NCBI GenBank assembly: GCA_951406725.2
Contig: OX597821.1
Location: 73,160,001-73,224,000, forward strand
Source: Octopus vulgaris
Lineage: Eukaryota
Direction of reading: 5' to 3'
DNA: 64,000 nucleotides
The translations under genes were made by a program, and so were the position numbers. This document shows, piece by piece, positions 55,458 through 64,000 of the stretch (within the stretch, counting starts at the first letter, position 1; every line of letters begins with the position of its first letter). Below the pieces are notes generated by a model that saw only the letters and a program-made list of their open reading frames with translations, searched no databases and had not been told where the DNA came from.

Positions 55458-55525
<68 letters not shown>

Positions 55526-55685
55526 GTAGACATTCCAGACTCTGACTGAAGAAGTAATTGGCAACGAATGATCCATGCATCATGTTTTGTCCTGTTTGCC
55601 GTTGTTGTGTGCTATCGTCCTCTTCCTGCTTGTTATCTCTTGACGATTTCCGTTTGTTGTGTTTTTTACCTCTGATTTATCCGTG

Positions 55686-55714
55686 CAGCGCTACGTACAA
55701 TTTGTTCTTTATTT

Positions 55715-55780
<66 letters not shown>

Positions 55781-56633
55781 AATATAAAATAAAGAACAAA
55801 TTGTACGTAGCGCTGAAAATAGAGGCGAGAGAGAGAGAGAGAGGGGGAACGAGAGAGTGGTGCAAATGAAAAAGGAGACTTTCGCCTGCAACGAATTAAT
55901 ATTGTTTTATTAAATCTACTTCACAGTGAATGCAACAAGAGACACTATCTCCTCGACTACGGGTGTCTCAGACTCAAACCCCTCGAAGTTTCTTTCGGAT
56001 TCGCAGTCAGGTTAGAGTTTCCTCCATGCAGAATTCAGCGTTCTCCTCGTTTACACCCTGCATATCGATGATTTTTCAGGCAGTTAACAATGTTGCAGTG
56101 TTCCTTCCCAAAACTCACGGAAGGCTTGATTAAATGCGTCTGCTGATATCTCCTCTGTCGATGTTCCAGGGGTCTGTTTCTGGAGGTCCTCCTACAGCAC
56201 CCATGCTTTCTCGCAGATGATGATCTCCGTAAACATGTCCCCTGCGAGTTGCTTCGCGTTGATCCACAGAAGCAATTTTTCCATATCTTCGTGGACAGGA
56301 TGTGCGCTGCTTGGAGAGCCTGGAGACACTCTTTGCTGTTGTAACATGTATATATATTATAATGGAGAACGCCGTTTATTAATTAGATATGTAACAGTTA
56401 CTAAAAGAAGGCAATTATTAAAGACTTGACCGTCTGGAATTTTTTTATAAATTCATGTTCTAATTTCGATTTCTAAAGGTTATTGAATATTTGAACGACA
56501 AGTTTTTCACAAATTTAAATATTTGTTGCATTCACTGGGAAGTAGATTTAATAAAACAATATTGATTCGTTGCAGGCAAAATTTTCCGTTTTCATTTGCA
56601 CCACTCTTTCGCTCTCTCTCGCCTCTATTTTCA
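55686..56633. repeat. Two adjacent inverted-repeat pairs (55686-55720/55783-55815 around (TA)n; 55814-55938/56523-56633)
   Basis: CAGCGCTACGTACAATTTGTTCTTTATTTTATAT and its reverse complement; TGAAAATAGAGGCGAGAG..GTGAATGCAACAA and its reverse complement. Confidence 0.8.
55938..56347 (-). pseudogene. Internally deleted Tigger/pogo transposase fragment
   Basis: HEDMEKLLLWINAKQLAGDMFTEIIICEKA (CENP-B-type HTH) joined to RRTLNSAWRKL*PDCESERNFEGFESETPVVEEIVSL (Tigger1-like C-terminal region). Confidence 0.75.
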
Positions 56634-57003
56634 TTAATTTAATATATATTCATTTCAATGTTTTCATTTCAAGTTCTAATCCGCCATTTACAAAACCCAC
56701 AGTTTATTCTATATACGTAATGTAAAACCATAATGTATTGAACAAATGAAGGCTATTAGACAATAGCTTATTTTTGGCATCTCTTGAAAAAACATTTAAT
56801 TTAGGTAGAAAATATAGACATACAATGTCTCTTACAGCTGTTTCTAGGACAGCCAAACATGTGGATTTTCATACTGAAATTCTTTTAATATATTGGTATA
56901 TCCATAATTTTATTCAACAGTTATTTACAGTTATTTGCAGCATACAGATGTTAAATAAAATTATGGATGTGAAAAATTTCCGTTCTCCCTAACATAATTA
57001 ATA

Positions 57004-57078
<75 letters not shown>

Positions 57079-57089
57079 TAGATAGACAT

Positions 57090-57177
<88 letters not shown>

Positions 57178-57588
57178 AATGAAATGACAACAAATTATAA
57201 TGAAGGCGGAAACATTGTTAAAGAAAACCATATTGTTTAATTAAGAATCGCGATATAAAAGAGAAAATACTATAAATTAATGAGTCTACGTTGGACACTA
57301 GAAACCATCAATTCTAAATCTATTATGTTTAACTATCTTGTATAAGACAGGAAGGTAATTATCAGTTTGTAGTATCTCGAGGTGGAATTCACAACAAATT
57401 ATATTGCTATAAAATATGATTCAGCCACAAGATTTCGTTGAGAGTTGCTGTAACAATATAAGATCAACATCAGGAACATTTTAATTCATAATTGATGCGA
57501 CAAAACTGATTTCAGATTTGGATTTCTTCATTCTGTTTGATTAGCAATATATATTTAATTAAAAATGTCACGCACACACACACACACA

Positions 57589-57639
<51 letters not shown>

Positions 57640-58150
57640 ACTCACTCACTCTAAATATGCGTGCGTCACCGTATGTTTGCATTTAGGTACGTACGTACAT
57701 ACATACACATTTTTGTGCTCGTGGCTATGTGGTAAGAAGCTTGATTCTCAATCACATAGGTCCAGGCTCAGTCCTAGATAAACCCTAGGGTCGATTTCTT
57801 CGATTAAAACCCTTCAAGGCGGTGACCAAGCATGGCCGCAGTCAAATTACTAAAACAAGTAAAAGACAAAAGGTTATATATATATATATATATTTGTGTG
57901 TGTGTGTGTGTGTGTATAAGTTGAAAATGGACTGGGAATAGTTAAAATATTTTTATTGATATATTTAAAGCTTTAACCGGTTTCACAGTTTACAATGATT
58001 TTCAACAAATTCAAATGGAAAGACGTGGCTTATGTCGCAGCTGTCTTGCTTGAAGCTTGTCTTATTTTTATGGTGTACTATAGTTTTGAGTTTAGCATCC
58101 CAATTAAATAAATTAATTTTCAAAAATTAATTTAATTTAAATTGGGCACG

Positions 58151-58179
<29 letters not shown>

Positions 58180-58181
<2 letters not shown>

Positions 58182-59698
58182 AAATATTATTAGAGACAAA
58201 ACCACTATTTTGCAAAACAAACAAGGAAAGACTTAATCAATACATAAAATTTTAATAAATAGTCAAAAAAACCGCCACTTTTTTTTTTTTTTTTTTTTCA
58301 ATACATAAAATTTTAATAAATAGTCAAAAAAACCGCCACTACAATCGTTTCTTGTCTTGATCGACAATCTTCAGGTGGACTTCAATCTAAAATATCAATA
58401 TTTTAAAATATACAAATAATAATTTTAAAATAATTAAAGTATAAATGAAAAAATATAAATATATAATCCATATATAACCTATATATAATCCATATATAAT
58501 CAATATATAAACAATATATAAACTAAAATAAACCTATCAACAATTAAATATAAAATATAAAATATAAAACAAAACAAAAAAATAATAATAATATAATAAT
58601 AAACTATATATACACCCATACACATATACCTAATTATATATAATCATATCTAACTACATACACTAAACCACACACCTATATATATATCCCTATACATTCA
58701 CATAAAAACGTCTAGGCAACTATAAATAAATAAAATAGCTAAATACTTCAACACAATACTTATTCATACTCCCACACACACACACATACAACCCACATTC
58801 ACGCTCTAGAAAACGGACATCACTCAAAACTATGAACGGAGAAATGGAATAAATGGAATTAAAAATTATATTCACTTGGTAAAACGAACACTACTTAAAA
58901 ATTATGAATGAAACAATGCAATAAAACAACAGACATCGCAAATATACACAAATTACTACGAATTCCTTAACAAACCTACCATGATAAACCAAAACTCACA
59001 AAAACATATAAAGATAAAATCTCCCTTTACTAAACTCTATAACATACCTATATAGCAATCCCCCTAACCTAAACATTCACACACAAATACACACTCGTAA
59101 ACCACACACCCACGACATATACAAATACCCACACCACTTACACATACCAATACATACATATAAACCTCAACATATACTCCAAAAACCCACTCAACCCCAC
59201 ACAGACAAATAAACACAAAAATTATGAATGGATTCTTTTATAAAACTACCATGATAAGCTAAAACTCACAAAACAGAAATGATAAAACCTCCCTTTACTA
59301 AACACTATAACATACTTATATAGCAATCCCTTTAACCTATACATTCACACACAAAAACACACACGTAAACCACACACCCATAACAAATACATTCACACAC
59401 CCCACCCACACACACCCACAAGTACATATAAGCCTCAACATATACACCAAACAAAATTAATTTACCAAGGAACTTAACATATGTATAAAAAGTATAACCG
59501 CTCCGGAAACGAACATCTCTAAATTAATGAATGGAGAAATGGAATAAATGGAATTAAAAATAATATTCACGTGGCAAAACGAACACCACTCAAAAATTAT
59601 GAATGAAACAATGCAATAAAACAACCAACATCGAAAATAGACAAATTACCACGAATTCCCTAAAAAAAACCATGATAAACCAAAACTCTTAAAAACAT
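58180..59698 (-). mobile_element. Strand-skewed non-coding PLE-type repeat with internal duplications
   Basis: Very G-poor plus strand; 58831-59010 is repeated at 59527-59697 and 58975-59180 at 59245-59450; hammerhead near its 3' end; abuts (TA)n. Confidence 0.5.
58336..58378 (-). ncRNA. Minimal type I hammerhead ribozyme
   Basis: Minus strand CCAC-CTGAAGA-TTGTCgatcaaGACAA-GAAA-CGATTG-TA-GTGG. Confidence 0.85.
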
Positions 59699-60867
59699 AG
59701 AGAGAGAGAGACAGACAGACAGACAGAGAGAGACAGACAGAGAGAGACAGAGAGAGACAGAGAGAGACAGACAGACAGACAGAGATTAAAGTAACAATAA
59801 GAAAGTAAAACGTTTGGCATCACTTAAACATTTAGATAGAAAATATAAACATACAAAGTCTCTTACAGCTGTTTCTAAGACAGCTAAACATGTGGATCTT
59901 CATACTGAGAAAGGATTCCATAAGCTGAGTACTTCTTCATTGAAGAAGGAAAAGTCAGAGAGATTTTAAAATCAGGGAATATCTCCAGTCGAGGATATTA
60001 GTATATTCAAGTTTGTCAAAAATAGAGGAAGGATCATAGTAAAATAGGTTGGTGCTTAGTAGTTCCATGATCAAATAAATAATACAGTTATAAGTAAGGC
60101 CCCTTAGAAGTTTGAAATGAGAACATTCGGTGATAATGCAGGACAACGGAGTTACCTGTTGCAATAGAGAATAGAGAAGGAATGGGGGTTGAATAGGAGT
60201 ATTGTACTACAGCTCGCAACCTTTGGGTGGTTGAACTATTTCCGGCCTATGTGACCAGTCACAGAATATGTTGACTGCGTCCATTCAACAATAGTTGCGC
60301 GTCAGTTGACTATGCATTTACATCAGAGTCATTGCAATTCCTTATATTGCGATACAGAAAACGAAAGTAAATCAACAAACACTAATCGACAACGATACAA
60401 CTTTATGCAGAATTCCACAAAAATGCGAAGAATAACTGTGGAACCTTTTTTCCAAAAACACAATACCCTACAAATCTCAATTAAACAAGCAGGTACGTAA
60501 CGGGCAAGGAAATATTTCATATTATGAAATCCACCCGGATTTACTGTTGTATAGTTTTAAATCGGCATTGATGATTTTAGCAGTTATAGAATTATTCTTT
60601 TGCATCATAGTACAGAACGTGCAGACAAGATGCCATTACGACGGTTTATTGCATAAATGTAGCTGTGAAAGTTTCGAAACGTCGGATTAATGAATTTTGG
60701 AATGTTTGTATTCCGAAGCACGCATAAAGGAATGCTGAAAAGTCCTTAATAAAAAAATATATATCAAACATGAACATAGTTGTGTTATGTGTGTGCATGT
60801 GTATATACGTCTACATATATATATATATGTATGTATGTATGTATTTGTATGTATGTATGTATTATAC

Positions 60868-60900
<33 letters not shown>

Positions 60901-61213
60901 CACACGTATATACACACGCACACATACATACATACATACATACATACATACATACATACATACATACATACATACACGCAGGCACACGCAACCCCGACCA
61001 AGTACCCCATCCCTACCTCATGCACACGCACGCACACATACATATCAAAATACACCAGGAACTTTATCTTTAAATAGAGTCTGCCAAACAGCTCCATAAA
61101 GTTTAAATGAGTATAAATCAATATATTGCTATGTAGACCGAATTAAAATCATTTCAAGAAATATACACTAAAATATACATAATATAATCATGTATGCATA
61201 GATAGATAGGTAA

Positions 61214-61300
<87 letters not shown>

Positions 61301-61301
61301 T

Positions 61302-61334
<33 letters not shown>

Positions 61335-61359
61335 TAAACAGACAGATGTGCATACCTAT

Positions 61360-61422
<63 letters not shown>

Positions 61423-61715
61423 AAATGGGACAAGAACGCAAAACATCCAGGCAGCTAGGTGATACAAGAAAGAGACAACAAAACATCCAGGTAAACGATA
61501 CAAAGAAAACAAGGACGGGTCATTCGGTGTTTTCTTTCCTCACTCGAGTTCCAGATTATCTTTGCAATTCTGGCTGGTTATACTCGAGATTGCTCCAATC
61601 TGGCCAGCCCCAAGGAAAAACGAAGCTATGAGCATTACATACATAAATACGTATGTAAAGGTAATATCTATCCTCATTATTGATTATACATACATATGCA
61701 TACAGACGGGCAAAG

Positions 61716-61750
<35 letters not shown>

Positions 61751-63379
61751 TAGCTATGCGCACGCATGTTTTTACATCTTGCTCGTAAATATACTCTAAC
61801 CAATTTAGACACCAATTTTACCCAGGGGCAGTAATCTAATAGGTTTCCCTTGTTCAACAATCTGAAATATAATTTCATATGCGATATATCACATCGAAAA
61901 ATAAAAGAGGAAAATAGACATTTCTTTCTAGTTATTTATTCATAGTTTTCTTTTGGTAAGTGTGGTTGAGGAAAAGTTAACAAATTGCGCTTTTTGAAGT
62001 TGAGAAACAATTACCAATGTGCTGCATTATTAACTAAAACCTAGCCCCGGGGAGCCGTTATTTATAATTTATAGTCCATACTGCAGAACGCGTTCCACTA
62101 ATAAACAAGTATAATAATTGTTGTTATCGTTTAGAACAATAAGAAATGGAATGATTTCAGATATTACAAATTCTGACAGCAATAAAAATACGAAGATACT
62201 TTCCTTGTTGAAATGGAATTTAAATTTATCGGTGTTGGGTTTGTTTTCTACGAAATGAAATTAAGAGATTTGTAAAAAGAAAATATAAACGAAATAAATG
62301 CAACATTTAAAAACTAGAATTTTAAATTTAGTTATTAACTTGGGCATATTTCAGTTATCAATCTCTCTAAAGCTGAAATGCGAAAAAGTTGTTTGATTTC
62401 TTGGTTATTTTTCTCATTTTGGGATGGGGTCGGATTGGCACCAAAATTTACACTGGGGGGTAAAATGGGGTGGGAAATGGTGTAAGGAGGGCTGCAAGTC
62501 GCTCGGGGCTACCGTTTGGTTGCCATGGTGAGGAATATGGGAAAAACTGAGTTTTATGGAATAGACAGGTTGCATTGTTTGAATAATGGTGGCTTTTCGT
62601 GTTGCTGCAGCGGTAATGTTTAATTGTGGGTGGAAAAATTTGGGGTATTTTGGAAAGGGGGATAAAGAAGAGGGCAATAAAAAGAACCAGGCAAAGAAGA
62701 CGAACAAAAGAAGAAAGGGAAAAGGAGACAACACGCACAAAACAACACCACCACCAAAACCCGAGCGAAGTACGAGTCAAAATAGCTAGTGTATTTTATT
62801 AATTTTAAATTTCTGTCTCAAATTTGGTCTTAGTTAGTTATGCTTATGGGTCCAGCCGGAAAGTATAATGACAGTTGCTTCTGAGGACTCTATCCTCACG
62901 ACACTTGCGGGAATTGCTGTTTAGAGGTAAACGTTCGTATACTTTGGGACAACTGAATGGTAAACATATAACAGAAGTTATATTTTGTTCCCAATTATGG
63001 CATTTACTTCAATATGTCGATATTTAGAGATCAGGCCGCTAGGCACGGATATAACGAGAATAAAAACGAAAGGAACAAAATGAAGTTTAGACCGATGGTG
63101 TCCAAATCGACCGCGTAGAGTTAGCAGTTGGACAAATATGAATCCATCGGTTTACAGATATGATGATCGGCAGATATATTTGAACTGCTGTCGACTTCGA
63201 AATTGAGCTTTATAAAAAATATAGAGAATATGTATATAATGTACAGAGAATATAAACGAAGATGAGATAAACGAAATGAACGAGAGAGAAAATCTAAAGA
63301 ATATATGGAAAAGAAGAGAAGCGGAAGAAGACAAGACACTTGAAAGTGACACTAGCTTCGATCTCTCTAAATCGTTTTA

Positions 63380-63950
63380 ATGTCCTTTCATTAATTCGAA
63401 TGAGACGCTGAAGTAAATATACTGTAATTTAAACCAACCTTGGAGCATTTTAATCAACCTTGTAAAAATGTCACAGAATATCCAGTTTATCCATTAATGA
63501 AACCATTTTCTATTTTATGTTGAGTCCTTAAAATATAAATGCTTCAAAGAAAACAAATTAATATCGAATCCTTTGAGATTAGTTAATCCGCTGGTTTAAT
63601 CCGCCCCAAAACCTGAGAGTAGCTTTACCCAAGGCTAACATCTTTTCTCCTAACTTAAAAATGATAAATATTCAATAAGAATGCTATAAAACATCATAAG
63701 CCCACCCCATTTTCATATACTCTGGTTAAACTGAAAACTGACCTGATATCCGTCATCTTAACAATTGCCGTTGTATCAAATTTTGCTTGCACACTTTAAA
63801 TTCAAGCAGTATGACTATGGATATAATATATCAATATAAAATGAACACTGCCAACTCCATTAACTCGTACATCAGCCTCATCGCCAATCCTTTTAAAATC
63901 TGGTTCAATCAACATACCTTTTCTTTAAGACATAATCCTTTAACTTATAT
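63380..63950 (+). pseudogene. Highly degraded Penelope-like thumb/GIY-YIG fragment
   Basis: TGGTTTAATCCGCCC encodes WFNPP; MDIIYQYKM..NSYISLIANPFKIWFNQH resembles GIY..YIG..FKxRxxxH. Confidence 0.5.
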
Positions 63951-64000
63951 TTCGGAGCCGATAAATAGAAACCTAACTTACAAGTCGAACCGGGATGTTT

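Overview
AT-rich, microsatellite-saturated animal genomic DNA. The SINE families and repeat landscape look like an Octopus (cephalopod) genome; this is an inference from my recollection of these repeats. Most entries in the ORF track are microsatellite artefacts. The only host-gene signal is a short terminal coding exon at 4389-4585 beginning (G)NGKR, best explained as a GGN-amide/excitatory peptide (CCHamide-family) neuropeptide precursor. The rest is mobile DNA: two decayed full-length mariners, maT and Tigger fragments, Helitrons, Dong/R4, HERO and CR1 LINE pieces, an ORF1-only Tx1-like element, several tRNA-derived SINE families and a Penelope-like element (PLE) with an open RT plus GIY-YIG frame of about 590 codons. 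The most striking hidden layer is about 17 minimal type I hammerhead ribozyme motifs from many unrelated non-coding families, mostly inside fold-back insertions in (TA)n. They include natural U3-A8 and G3-C8 core covariants, and a 360-bp circularly permuted, TSD-flanked retrozyme-like insertion at 48901-49747. All RNA structures were read by eye and have not been folded computationally or tested.
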